Part shown: in pieces, positions 34,562 through 44,488 of the stretch | Numbering within the stretch: position 1 is the stretch's first letter | Layout: each line of letters opens with the position of its first letter | Assembly (NCBI GenBank): GCA_963804555.1 | Contig: CAWDQX010000008.1 | Span: 9,813 to 73,812 of the forward strand | DNA: 64,000 bases | From: an uncultured Solirubrobacterales bacterium | Lineage (GTDB): Bacteria; Actinomycetota; Thermoleophilia; Solirubrobacterales; Solirubrobacteraceae | Direction of reading: 5' to 3' | The notes under the pieces: model-generated | Seen by the model: the letters and a program-made list of their open reading frames with translations, nothing else | The model's database searches: none | What the model was told of the DNA's origin: nothing | Program-made: the position numbers and the translations under genes

Positions 34562-36592
34562 CTAAAGGTTGGGCAGTTGTTCTTCTTCGACGAGATGCTT
34601 TTTCGGACTGACTTTCGCCGAGCCTGTTTCGCCCGTTGTGCCCGAGGTCTTGCCTGAGCTGGTTTTTCCACTGCTGGTGCCCGAGTTGGCTTTTTCCGTC
34701 CCGGCATTTTCCTTGCCGGTCCCCGAGCTACCCGTACCTGTTTCTCCTGTGCCTGTGCCCGTACCTGTTTTCCCGGTGCCCGTACCGGTTTCCCCTGTGC
34801 CGCTACCCGTACCCGTACCGGTTTCCCCTGTGCCGCTGCCCGTGCTCGTGGTGCCAGTGTCGGTGCCTGTGCCTGTTGGTGTGCGACGGCGTGGTTTGCG
34901 TGCTTCAGGGTAGGTGCTCCCCGTGGTGGTGATTTCAGCCGGCGCCCCAACTGTCCCGGAGGTCGGGGTGGTGCGAGCCTTGCGATGGGGGACGCGAACC
35001 GGCGTCGGCGTCACGGGCGGCTTGGTCGCGGCCGGAGGCTTTGGCTTAGCCAGGCGGCGGCGTTCAAGCGCTTCGCGCCGGGCGCGCCGTCGTGCCGCAA
35101 GCCGCCGGCGAAGGAGCGCCTCGCGGCGCAGGAGTGCTCTGTGGCGAAGTAGCGCCCTGCGGCGACGTAGTGCTCTGCGGCGCAGTAGCGCCTGCCGGCG
35201 CCGGAGCGCGGCGCGATGCTTTGCGCTCACGCCTGGACTGCTTCCCGTGCCGCTCTTGCCCTGTTCGGTGCCTACCGCGGGCTGCCCCGAACCGCTGGGT
35301 CCGCCACTTGGTGTGGATGTGCCCGGCATGAGCGTTGCGGCAGGCGTGAGGAGCGGGCCCGCGCCGCCGAGGCCTGACAGCTGCACGGCCGGTTCGGCGC
35401 CGGGGACGCCGGCCGTGGGGGCGCCGTCGGCTGGCGCGAGCGCGCTCGGCGATCCCGTGGCCAGTGCCGAGGGCGAGCTGGAGTAGGCGATGTCTGTGGC
35501 CGAGATTCTCCGTCCCTTCGCACCGACGAAGGCGAGCTGTGAGCGGGTGGCCCTGTGTGGACTGGCGTGTGCCTCCCGGTTGTGCACCGTCACCGCACCA
35601 GCGCTCGCCAGAGCAATGATCGCGCCACCGACGGCGAGCTTTGTGATCACCCCACCACCGACGATCGCGCCGATGCCCGTACCGCCTCCCGCCCCCGCGC
35701 CGACGGCGGCGGTGCTTGCCGCTGCCCCGCTCGCGGCAATCCCCGTCCCGCCAGTACCTGCGGCCGTGGCTCCCACGCCCGCCCCGCCCACGCCCGCCCC
35801 GCTGGCGCCCGCTGTCCCGATGCTCGCCGCTCCAACCGCATGTGCCGCTCCGTGGCCGAGGATCGCCGCCGCGAGGCCGGCGCTGGGCAGCACCGGCAAC
35901 ACTGCCCCGAGCGATTGGCGCTGCGCGCCCACCGCAAGCTGGAAGTCATGACAGCCGACGCACAGCTTCAGATGCCGGCGCAATGGGCCACGCCGCAGTT
36001 CGCCGCCGCGGGCCACCGCGAGCTCCTCACGAATGTCTTGGCAGGATGCGCCTAGGGCGTCGCGGTCGGCGATCAGCGCGCTGCGCGCCTGGTAGATCAG
36101 CGCCTTGACCTTGCTCACTTCGCACCCCACGATCGTGGCGATCGCCTCGTGGTTGAGATCGTCGAGCTCGGCCAGCAGCAGCGCGCTGCGCTGATCCTCG
36201 GGTAGACGGCCGATCCCCGCGACCAGCTCGCGCAGGTCCTCGCGCTGGCGCACTTGATCGGACAGTCCCACCAGAGCCGGCGTGTGGTCCTGCAGGGGCG
36301 TGGTTGCCCGCCGGGCGGCGATCGCCGACAGGCAGCAGTTGCGCGCGATCGTGTACAGCCACGGGCGCAGCTCGCGCGGCGCGGTCCCGTGGAGTAACGC
36401 CTGGTGCGCTTTGATGAAAGCCTGCTGCAGCGCGTCCTCGGCCTCGTCCTGATTGCCGAGCGTGTGCCGGCAGTAGGACAGCAGCGGCGCGTGGTGGCGT
36501 TGGAAGATCGCCTCGAAGGCCCCCTCGTCGCCGCGCTGCATTCCTCGCACGAGCGCGGCGTCGTTGGTTGATTGCCGCTCAGCTGTAAGCAT
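34562..36592 (-). CDS. ECF sigma factor fused to a zinc-finger anti-sigma motif, a TM helix and a long low-complexity tail
   Basis: Sigma2 (AEDALQQAF..PWLYTIARN), sigma4 (LPEDQRSALLL..IATIVGC..VKALIYQAR), C..R...HLKLCVGC, hydrophobic KLAVGGAIIALASAGAV. Confidence 0.85.
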   Translation of the reverse strand: MLTAERQSTNDAALVRGMQRGDEGAFEAIFQRHHAPLLSYCRHTLGNQDEAEDALQQAFIKAHQALLHGTAPRELRPWLYTIARNCCLSAIAARRATTPLQDHTPALVGLSDQVRQREDLRELVAGIGRLPEDQRSALLLAELDDLNHEAIATIVGCEVSKVKALIYQARSALIADRDALGASCQDIREELAVARGGELRRGPLRRHLKLCVGCHDFQLAVGAQRQSLGAVLPVLPSAGLAAAILGHGAAHAVGAASIGTAGASGAGVGGAGVGATAAGTGGTGIAASGAAASTAAVGAGAGGGTGIGAIVGGGVITKLAVGGAIIALASAGAVTVHNREAHASPHRATRSQLAFVGAKGRRISATDIAYSSSPSALATGSPSALAPADGAPTAGVPGAEPAVQLSGLGGAGPLLTPAATLMPGTSTPSGGPSGSGQPAVGTEQGKSGTGSSPGVSAKHRAALRRRQALLRRRALRRRRALLRHRALLRREALLRRRLAARRRARREALERRRLAKPKPPAATKPPVTPTPVRVPHRKARTTPTSGTVGAPAEITTTGSTYPEARKPRRRTPTGTGTDTGTTSTGSGTGETGTGTGSGTGETGTGTGKTGTGTGTGETGTGSSGTGKENAGTEKANSGTSSGKTSSGKTSGTTGETGSAKVSPKKHLVEEEQLPNL

Positions 36593-36694
36593 GGCTCACC
36601 AATCACCCTTCGACGCGTACGCAGGCAAGCTGTAGAAGGCATCTACCCGCATCACTGCAGAAACCCCCCGGAGGTTGGCGAGTTGCGCCGCGTC

Positions 36695-37285
36695 CTACGG
36701 CTCGCGTCCGGTCAGACCGAGCAATCGGTCCTGTAGCGGGGCGTCCTGCGCGACCGGGATTGCGGCTGGAAAGATGCCGATCGCGCGCCATTCCTCGGCG
36801 TTCGGGCTGACCTCCTCCCAGATGCCCTGCACGAGATCCTCTGGAAGCGAGGGGTCCGCGCCGATCACCTTGGCGATGTCGTGCGCGCGCAGCGCGCGGA
36901 ACTGGTTGATCTGCCAGAAGTAGTGACGGGCCGGGTAGTCGCCAAACGAGCAGTGGACGGTTTGATGGAGGTCCGCGAATGCCTCCGCGGCGGCACACGC
37001 GTCCTCGACGATCGCCGCGAACGAGCCGCGCGGGTCGCTGCCGAGCAGATCGCCCTTGAACTTCTCCGGGCCGGCTTGCGCCATCGTCTGACCGGCGAGC
37101 ATGTCGGGGACCCAGGCGTCGTCGTAGGCATGGTAATTGATGATCTCCCGCAGCGTTGGCGTGTGATCCATGCGCCGCGTGCGAAAGCTCTCGGGCAGCA
37201 CGATCTCCCATTGATCCTCGTGGATCTGGCCGACCACCCGATTCAGGGCGCGGTCGGCGAGCACGAACACGTCGGGCTCTCTCAT
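36695..37285 (-). CDS. TIGR03086/MDMPI-like (DinB superfamily) metal-binding protein
   Basis: TLREIINYH, HDIAKVIG, LQDRLLGLTGR; RBS before the ATG at 37285. Confidence 0.75.
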   Translation of the reverse strand: MREPDVFVLADRALNRVVGQIHEDQWEIVLPESFRTRRMDHTPTLREIINYHAYDDAWVPDMLAGQTMAQAGPEKFKGDLLGSDPRGSFAAIVEDACAAAEAFADLHQTVHCSFGDYPARHYFWQINQFRALRAHDIAKVIGADPSLPEDLVQGIWEEVSPNAEEWRAIGIFPAAIPVAQDAPLQDRLLGLTGREP

Positions 37286-37403
37286 CGCTTCGTCTTCCTT
37301 TCGTTCGCGGCAGCTTAGCTGTGTGTAGCCCTCAGAATAAGACGATCGTCCATATATCCGTAAGAGTCGATCCGTTTCGGCTGCGTAGTCCGAAAAGAAC
37401 GAC

Positions 37404-37733
37404 ATGGAACTGCCCGAAACAGGCACGGTGCACAGGCTGGATCGTTTGCGGTGCGTCTCGAGCGGATATCTCTCCGGCGGCTGCTCCTGCCGCTCGAGCA
37501 TTCCCAGGGATGTGGCCACCGCCGCCTGGTCGGCCGAGCTGCAGCGAGGCGGCTTGGATACGGATCGGGATCGCTTCTTCAACTTCGCCTGGCGCGGCGG
37601 CATGTGGCTCGCCTATGGCCTACCCGATGGGGCGGTGCGCGGCGTCTACTGTCCCGCGCATCGCGCCGAGCGCGAGCAACGGCTCGGATACGATCCGCAG
37701 CTTGCCCCCATCGCAGCCGAACACTCGCGCTAG
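37404..37733 (+). CDS. Small hypothetical protein with Cys/His residues
   Basis: 109-aa ORF with C..CSC...CPAH; coding-like codon usage. Confidence 0.5.
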   Translation: MELPETGTVHRLDRLRCVSSGYLSGGCSCRSSIPRDVATAAWSAELQRGGLDTDRDRFFNFAWRGGMWLAYGLPDGAVRGVYCPAHRAEREQRLGYDPQLAPIAAEHSR

Positions 37734-37740
37734 CGAGCCC

Positions 37741-40338
37741 GCGAACGTCCCCGAGCGCCCGACGCTCGACGGGCTCGAGGCGAAGTGGAGCGCCGAGTGG
37801 GAACGCGACGGCGTCTACCGCTTCGACCGCACCGCTCCGCGCGAGCGCGTCTTCTCGATCGACACGCCCCCGCCGACGGTTAGCGGCTCACTGCATGTCG
37901 GCCACGTCTTCTCCTATACCCACACCGATGCCCTCGCGCGCTACCAGCGGATGCGCGGCAAAGAGGTCTTCTACCCGATGGGCTGGGACGACAACGGCCT
38001 GCCGACGGAGCGCCGCGTGCAGAACCACTTCGGCGTGCGCTGCGACCCGTCGGTCCCGTACGACCCCGACTTCCAGGTGCCGAGCGAGGTTTCCGAGAGG
38101 GAGCCCGTGTCGGTGTCCAGGCCGAACTTCGTGGAGCTGTGTCTCCAGCTGACGGAGACCGACGAGCAGGCGTTCGAGGCGCTCTGGCGCACGCTGGGGC
38201 TGTCGGTCGACTGGTCGATGACCTACACGACGATCGGCCCGCTCGCACGACGCATCTCCCAGCGCTCGTTCTTGGGTCTGCTGCAGCGCGGGGGCGCCTA
38301 CCAATTGGAGGCGCCGACGCTGTGGGACGTGGACTTCCAGACCGCGGTCGCGCAGGCCGAGCTCGAGGACCGCGAGCGCCAGGGCGCGATGCACCGCGTG
38401 CGCTTCTCCCCGGCGGACCCCGACGCCGCGAACGGCGCGCAGGCGCTGATCGAGACTACCCGCCCGGAGCTGATCCCGGCTTGCGTCGCGCTGCTGGCCC
38501 ACCCCGACGACGAGCGCCAGCGTGGGCTGGTCGGTCAGGATGTGTTGACGCCGCTGTTCGGCACGCGCGTGCCCGTGCTCACCCATCCGCTGGTCGAGCG
38601 CGAGAAGGGCACGGGCCTGGTGATGGTCTGCACGTTCGGCGATCTCACCGACGTGACCTGGTGGCGCGAGTTGAGCCTGCCGGTGCGCTCGGTGCTGGCC
38701 CCCGACGGCCGCCTGGCGGACGTTCCCTGGGGGACGCCCGGCTGGGAGTCCGAGAATCTCCCGCTCGCGCGCGCGAGCTATGAGGAGCTGCGTGGTCGCA
38801 GCGTCAACCAGGCGCGTAAACGGATCGTGGAGCTGCTGGCGCAGTCGGGCGAGCTGGTCGGCGAGCCGACGCCGGTGACGCGGGCGGTGAAGTTCTTCGA
38901 GAAGGGCGAGCGCCCGGTCGAGATCGTCACTTCTCGCCAGTGGTTCATTCGCACGATCGAGCATCGCGAGGCGCTGATCGCGCGCGGGCGGGAGCTGCAG
39001 TGGCACCCGCCGTATATGCGCGCGCGCTTCGAGGACTGGGTCAACGGGCTGACGGGGGATTGGTGTGTGAGCCGCCAGCGCTTCTTCGGCGTGCCGTTCC
39101 CGCTGTGGTACCCGATCGATGCGGACGGCAACGTGCTCTTCGACCAGCCGATCGCGGCACTCGAAGCGGACCTCCCGGTCGACCCCTCGACCGACGTGCC
39201 GGACGGTTACGAGACCTCGCAGCGCGGGCAGCCGGGCGGCTTCGAAGGCGACCCGGACATCATGGACACGTGGGCGACGTCCTCGTTGACGCCTCAGATT
39301 GCCGGCAAGGCGGGCGAGGACACCCTGGCGGGTGCAGGCGAGTCACTCTTCAGAAAAGTCTTCCCGATGGACGTGCGCCCGCAGGCGCACGACATCATCC
39401 GCACCTGGCTGTTCTCGACGATCCTGCGCTCGCAGCTCGACGAGGGCAAGCTGCCGTGGCAGAACGCCGCGATCTCCGGTTGGGTGCTCGACCCGGACCG
39501 CAAGAAGATGTCGAAGTCCAAGGGCAACGTGGTCACGCCGATGCACCTGCTCGAGGAGTACGGCGCGGATGCTGTGCGCTACTGGGCGGCGAGCGGGCGG
39601 CCGGGCACCGACACGGCGTTCGACCCTCAGCAGATGAAGGTGGGCAGGCGCTTGGCGGTGAAGCTGCTGAACGCGTCGAAGTTCGCGCTCGCCGACCTGC
39701 CGGCGGCGGGCGAGACGCTCGGGCATCCTCTGGACCGTGCGCTGATCGCGCGCATGGGAGCGGTCGTGGCGGACGCGACGAGCTGCTTCGAGGGTTACGA
39801 CTACGCGCGGGCACTGGAGCGCACGGAGACATTCTTCTGGTGGTTCTGTGACTACTACCTGGAGCTCGTCAAGGGCCGCCGCTACGACCCGGACCCCGAG
39901 ATCAGCGCCTCGGTCAGCCGCGCGCTGCGCCTGTCGCTGTCGAGTTTCCAGAGGCTCCTCGCCCCGTTCCTGCCGTTCGTCTGCGAGGAGGTGTGGTCGT
40001 GGTGGCAGCAGGGGTCGGTGCATCGCGCGCCCTGGCCGGATGCGGCGGAGCTGCTGGCCGAGGTCGGCGAGCAGCCGGAGCACGACCGCGAAGACGTGGC
40101 ACTCGATGTGACCGCGGACGTGCTCAAAGAGGTGCGCAAGGCGAAGTCCGAGGCGCAGGTGAAGATGCGCGCGCCGGTCAGGCGCATGGTCGTGTGCGAC
40201 ACGGCGGAGCGGCTGAGCGCGCTGGAGCTGGGCCTCGACGACCTGCGTGAGGCGGGCTCGATCGAGCGCATCGAGACGGTCGAGGCCGAGGAGTTCGCCG
40301 TCGAGGTCGAGCTCGCACAGGAGCCCGCCACGGAGTAG
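37741..40338 (+). CDS. valS: Valine--tRNA ligase (start codon unresolved)
   Basis: SIDTPPPTVSGSLHVGH, GWDDNGLPTER, DWCVSRQRFFG, KMSKS. Confidence 0.95.
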   Translation, partial: ANVPERPTLDGLEAKWSAEWERDGVYRFDRTAPRERVFSIDTPPPTVSGSLHVGHVFSYTHTDALARYQRMRGKEVFYPMGWDDNGLPTERRVQNHFGVRCDPSVPYDPDFQVPSEVSEREPVSVSRPNFVELCLQLTETDEQAFEALWRTLGLSVDWSMTYTTIGPLARRISQRSFLGLLQRGGAYQLEAPTLWDVDFQTAVAQAELEDRERQGAMHRVRFSPADPDAANGAQALIETTRPELIPACVALLAHPDDERQRGLVGQDVLTPLFGTRVPVLTHPLVEREKGTGLVMVCTFGDLTDVTWWRELSLPVRSVLAPDGRLADVPWGTPGWESENLPLARASYEELRGRSVNQARKRIVELLAQSGELVGEPTPVTRAVKFFEKGERPVEIVTSRQWFIRTIEHREALIARGRELQWHPPYMRARFEDWVNGLTGDWCVSRQRFFGVPFPLWYPIDADGNVLFDQPIAALEADLPVDPSTDVPDGYETSQRGQPGGFEGDPDIMDTWATSSLTPQIAGKAGEDTLAGAGESLFRKVFPMDVRPQAHDIIRTWLFSTILRSQLDEGKLPWQNAAISGWVLDPDRKKMSKSKGNVVTPMHLLEEYGADAVRYWAASGRPGTDTAFDPQQMKVGRRLAVKLLNASKFALADLPAAGETLGHPLDRALIARMGAVVADATSCFEGYDYARALERTETFFWWFCDYYLELVKGRRYDPDPEISASVSRALRLSLSSFQRLLAPFLPFVCEEVWSWWQQGSVHRAPWPDAAELLAEVGEQPEHDREDVALDVTADVLKEVRKAKSEAQVKMRAPVRRMVVCDTAERLSALELGLDDLREAGSIERIETVEAEEFAVEVELAQEPATE

Positions 40339-40403
40339 ACGCTCCGCGGCACGCGCGGACCGCGCCACTGTCCCATCTCGCCCCTTTGGATAGGGTCCAT
40401 CCC

Positions 40404-41715
40404 ATGACCCGCACCCTCATCTCTGAGCTGTCCTCGCACGTCGGCGAGCAGGTCACGATCCGCGGCTGGGCGCAGGCCGTGCGCGACCAGAAGCGCGTGC
40501 AGTTCGTCGTCGTGCGCGACGAATCGGGACTGGCGCAGACGGTGCTCGGCAAGGACGACCCACCCACGGAGCTCAACGAGCAGATCTCGAGTCTGAGCGT
40601 CGAGTCCGCGGTGACGCTGACGGGGACGGTGGTCGCGGACGAGCGGGTCAAGCTCGGTGGCGTCGAGCTGGCGCTGCAGAGCATCGAGGTCGACTCTCCG
40701 GCCGAGCCCGAGGTCCCGATCGCGGCGGACTCCGCCCTGGATAAGCGGATCGACTGGCGCTACATCGACCTGCGCCGCCCCGACCGGCGGCTGATCTTCG
40801 AGGTGCAAACCAAGGTCGAGCACGCGATGCGCGACTACTGGAGCAAAAACGGCTTCATCGAGATCCACACGCCGAAGCTGATGGGCTCCGCCAGCGAGTC
40901 CGGCGCCGAGCTGTTCAAGGTCGAGTACTTCGACGGGCAGGCCTACCTCGCGCAGTCGCCGCAGTTCTACAAGCAGATGGCGATGGCGGCGGGCTTCGGC
41001 AAGGTCTTCGAGGTCGGCCCCGTGTTCCGCGCCAACCCGTCCTTCACGTCACGTCACGACACCGAGTTCACGTCGGTCGACGTCGAGCTCTCCTGGGTGG
41101 AGTCGCACGAGGACGTGATGGCCTTCGAGGAGGCATGGCTCGCGCACGTGCTGGGGGCCGTCAAGGCCGCGCATGGCGAGGCGATCGAGCATACTTTCGA
41201 CACCGAGGTGATCGTGCCGGCGCTCCCCTTCCCGCGGGTGAGCTTGGAGCAGGCGAAGGAGCTGCTGCGCGAGGCGGGCCACGACGCGGTGCCGGGACCC
41301 GGGCACGACCTAGACCCGCCGTCAGAGCGCGCGTTGAGCGCGCTGATCAAGGAGCAGCACGGCCACGAGTTCGCGTTCGTGACCGACTACCCCACGACGG
41401 TGCGGCCCTTCTACCACATGCGTCATCCCGACGATCAAACCCTGACTCGCAGCTTCGACCTGCTGTGGAGCGGGATCGAGCTCACGACGGGCGCCCAGCG
41501 CGAGCACCGCTATGAGCAGCTACTGGCCCAGGCGGCCGACAAGGGCGTCGAGACGGGCCCGATCCAGTACTACCTCGACTTCTTCCGCTACGGCGCCCCG
41601 CCGCACGGCGGCTTCGGCTTCGGCCTCACGCGGTTGCTTGATGCAGCTGCTGAACCAGGAGAACGTGAGAGAGGTCACCTTCCTCTACCGCGGCCCCAAC
41701 CGCCTCACTCCGTAG
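40404..41715 (+). CDS. aspS: Aspartate--tRNA(Asn) ligase, short archaeal-type/non-discriminating form (frameshift near 41640)
   Basis: OB-fold start, RYIDLR, AYLAQSPQFYKQ, motif 2 VFRANPSFTSRHDTEF, motif 3 PPHGGFGFGLTR..NVREVTFLYRGPNRLTP. Confidence 0.9.
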
Positions 41716-41810
41716 GTGCCCCTGCAATACCCGTTCCTGCCGCGATCATCCTTAGGCGCCCCGGGACTAGCCCACTGTCCCGTTAGCCGAGACTCGTCGG
41801 AATAGGGGGC

Positions 41811-42749
41811 ATGGACCAATCAAATGAGCACCACTCAAATAATCATCAAGCAAATAATCACCCAGAAAATAACCACCAACCAAATGAGCTACGCGAGCTG
41901 CCGGTCGGGCTGATCGAGCCGAACCTCTTACAAGCGCGCCGTTACTTTGACGAGGAGACACTCCAGAAGCTGGCGAGCTCTTTGCGCGAACGCGGAGTTC
42001 TGCAACCGGTGCTCGTGCGCTCGGGACCAGATGGCTCCTATGAGCTGATCGCGGGCGAGCGACGTTGGCGCGCGGCCCAGCTCGCGGGCCTACAAACAAT
42101 TCCCGGATTGGTCTGCCCGTATGACGATGCCTTGGCGCTCGAGGCGGCGTTGATCGAGAACATGGCACGCGAGGACCTCAATCCCGTGGAGGAGGCAAGA
42201 GCTTGCGCGATGTTGGTCAAGGAGTTGGGTTTAACCATCGAGCAGGTCGGGTGTCGCGTGGGACGTAGCCGAGTTGCTGTATCGAATCTCATACGTCTCT
42301 TGGGTTTGTCTGAGGAGATTTTGGAGTTGATGGAGAGGGGAGAGCTGAGCGAGGGTCACGGACGGGCGCTGCTGGGAGCAAAGGATTTGAAAATACGTCG
42401 AGAACTGGCTAATCGAGCCGTCACCGAGGGTTGGTCTGTGCGCACCCTCGAGGCCCGCGCCCGCGAGAGCAACACTGGTGAGTCCGCCCCCAACGGCGCC
42501 TGGCCTGCCTCCCACGGCTCTGCGCCAACCCCCAACGGCGTCGCGCCTACCCCCAATGATCTCGAGCAGGACACGACGGCGATGAACGTCGCGCGGGTCT
42601 GGGGCGACGCGGTGGGCGAGGAGGTGATGGTTCGCGCCATGTCTGGCCGGAAACTGCGGGTGGAGTTCGTCTTCGAGTCCCCTGAGGGCGCGCTTGCCGT
42701 CGGTGGACGGCTCGCCGAGACGCTCGCGCGCGGCTCCAAGCGCCGATAG
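41811..42749 (+). CDS. ParB/Spo0J family protein without adjacent parA
   Basis: GVLQPVLVR..YELIAGERRWRAA, ENMAREDLNPVEEA, HTH GRSRVAVSNLIRLL, LSEGHGRALL. Confidence 0.9.
   Translation: MDQSNEHHSNNHQANNHPENNHQPNELRELPVGLIEPNLLQARRYFDEETLQKLASSLRERGVLQPVLVRSGPDGSYELIAGERRWRAAQLAGLQTIPGLVCPYDDALALEAALIENMAREDLNPVEEARACAMLVKELGLTIEQVGCRVGRSRVAVSNLIRLLGLSEEILELMERGELSEGHGRALLGAKDLKIRRELANRAVTEGWSVRTLEARARESNTGESAPNGAWPASHGSAPTPNGVAPTPNDLEQDTTAMNVARVWGDAVGEEVMVRAMSGRKLRVEFVFESPEGALAVGGRLAETLARGSKRR
41821..41890 (+). repeat. AT-rich 15-bp tandem repeat (about 5 units) at the 5' end of the ParB gene
   Basis: CAAATGAGCACCACT / CAAATAATCATCAAG / CAAATAATCACCCAG / AAAATAACCACCAAC / CAAATGAGCT. Confidence 0.7.
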
Positions 42750-42753
42750 TCGC

Positions 42754-44337
42754 TCAGACTTTCGGCACAGTCACGCTGGGCACCGTCACGCTTGGCACGG
42801 TGACCCCGCCGACTGTGACGATGGGGGTGCTGATGCTTGGCGTGCTCACGCTCGGGAGTGACACCGGCGGAGTGGATACAACCGGTGCGCTGGGCACCGT
42901 CACCGGCGGGGTGGACACCACTGGGACGCTGCTGACCGGAGGCGTCGGCTCGGGAGGGTTCGGGACGGGCACGTTACCTCTCGGTGGCGCGGGCGGAGCG
43001 CCCGCGCCGGGTGGAGCACTCGTGCCGGGTGGAGGTGCATCCCCGGTCGTGCTCGGCCCGCTGGCGCTCGGCCCCGGCTTGGCCGCGGTCGAAACCCCGG
43101 GCGCCCCGCCCGGCACGGTGGGCGAGCTGGGTTGGCGGCTTTGCGCGGAGTCCCGTACAGGTCTCAACGCGCTTCCGATCTGCCCGCTGCCATGCGCGCC
43201 CGTGCCCACCGTTGGCGCTCCCCCCGTCGTTGGCGCGCCCTTCGTGCTCGACGTCGCGGACGCCTGTTGCGCGACGGTGACCACCGCGCCCTGGCGCTGT
43301 TCGGCGAGCGTATTTGCACGTAAACCGTGGGACAGCGTGAGCAGGCCCGCCGCGCCGATCGCCGGCAGGATCGTGGCCGCGCCTGAGCCGATGCCGACGG
43401 CCGAGGGGATCGCCCGCAGTCCCTCGAGGATCCGCTGTGGGACGGTGCCCGCAAGCGCCCACCAGGCGACCGAGCGGCGCGAGGAGTAACAACCAACGAA
43501 CGCGGCGACAGCCGCGGTGTCGAGTTGCGAGCCCCCCTCCTTGGTGAGGATCTCGAGCGCCTTCTTTTGCGTGCCCGCCGACTTATAGGCACGGCTGGAG
43601 GTGATCGCATCGAACGTGTCGGCCACGGCGATGATCCGCGCCCCGAGCGGGATCTCCGAGCCGGCCAGGCCATCGGGATAGCCGTGGCCATCCAGTCGCT
43701 CGTGATGATGGCGGACCATCGCCGCGATCTCGGGGTCGCCGGCGTCCGCCAGCATGTGTGCGCCCTCGGCGGGGTGGCGCATGATCACGGCAAATTCGGC
43801 ATCGGTCAGCCGCCCTGGATTGTTCAGGATCTCTCGCGGGGTGTGCAACTTACCCACGTCGTGGACGACCGCCGCTGTGCGGATCTTGGCGATCTCGACC
43901 GGCGAGAGGTGCATCGCGCGAGCGATGCGGCCCGCATGGCGGGCGACCCGCTGACCGTGTCCGTGCGTCTGCCTGTCGCGTGCTTGCAGCAGCCCGCTGA
44001 GCGTAGTCAGCAAATCGATGTCAACGCTCGCACCGGCCTTCCTGGCGGACTCATATAACTCTCGCGCCCGCGTCAGGCGTCGCTCCGTCCAGCAACGACG
44101 CAACCAACCCCACAACATGAGATCGGCAAAAACAATGTCGCGAGACGCTCGCCGCCGCTTCCAGAAGGCCGCCCCGAAGGCAGCAAACGCGCTCGACAGA
44201 GCCACCGCTGAGATGGCAGAGACAGCAATCAACAGGACGCCTCCCCGTGGCACGATCACGGCCACGAGCAACGCCGGTAGCGCTATCACCAGAGCGGTGG
44301 CAAATATCGCCAATGGCAGAGATCGCCAAGAGGGCAT
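42754..44337 (-). CDS. Membrane-bound HD-GYP domain phosphodiesterase with Pro/Val-rich tail
   Basis: Two N-terminal TMs; HDVGK, HHERLDGHGYPDGL, ADTFDAITSSRAY; VTVPS repeats; start uncertain. Confidence 0.85.
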   Translation of the reverse strand: MPSWRSLPLAIFATALVIALPALLVAVIVPRGGVLLIAVSAISAVALSSAFAAFGAAFWKRRRASRDIVFADLMLWGWLRRCWTERRLTRARELYESARKAGASVDIDLLTTLSGLLQARDRQTHGHGQRVARHAGRIARAMHLSPVEIAKIRTAAVVHDVGKLHTPREILNNPGRLTDAEFAVIMRHPAEGAHMLADAGDPEIAAMVRHHHERLDGHGYPDGLAGSEIPLGARIIAVADTFDAITSSRAYKSAGTQKKALEILTKEGGSQLDTAAVAAFVGCYSSRRSVAWWALAGTVPQRILEGLRAIPSAVGIGSGAATILPAIGAAGLLTLSHGLRANTLAEQRQGAVVTVAQQASATSSTKGAPTTGGAPTVGTGAHGSGQIGSALRPVRDSAQSRQPSSPTVPGGAPGVSTAAKPGPSASGPSTTGDAPPPGTSAPPGAGAPPAPPRGNVPVPNPPEPTPPVSSVPVVSTPPVTVPSAPVVSTPPVSLPSVSTPSISTPIVTVGGVTVPSVTVPSVTVPKV

Positions 44338-44488
44338 GACACATCTGAAACTACCCCGATGGCGGTGGGAAAACGAAAATGTGGACGCATGTTCTACTTC
44401 TGCGAACCCGACGATTCTTCCAACCCGCGATCCCCCAACCCGGCCGATCAGGGATTCCTCAAACCCGCGATTTCTCCGACTAGACCGA

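Noticed and set aside
37290-37740. T-box riboswitch upstream of valS/aspS
   Set aside because: No GGTGGNACCGCG T-box consensus found; the region is occupied by a plausible ORF
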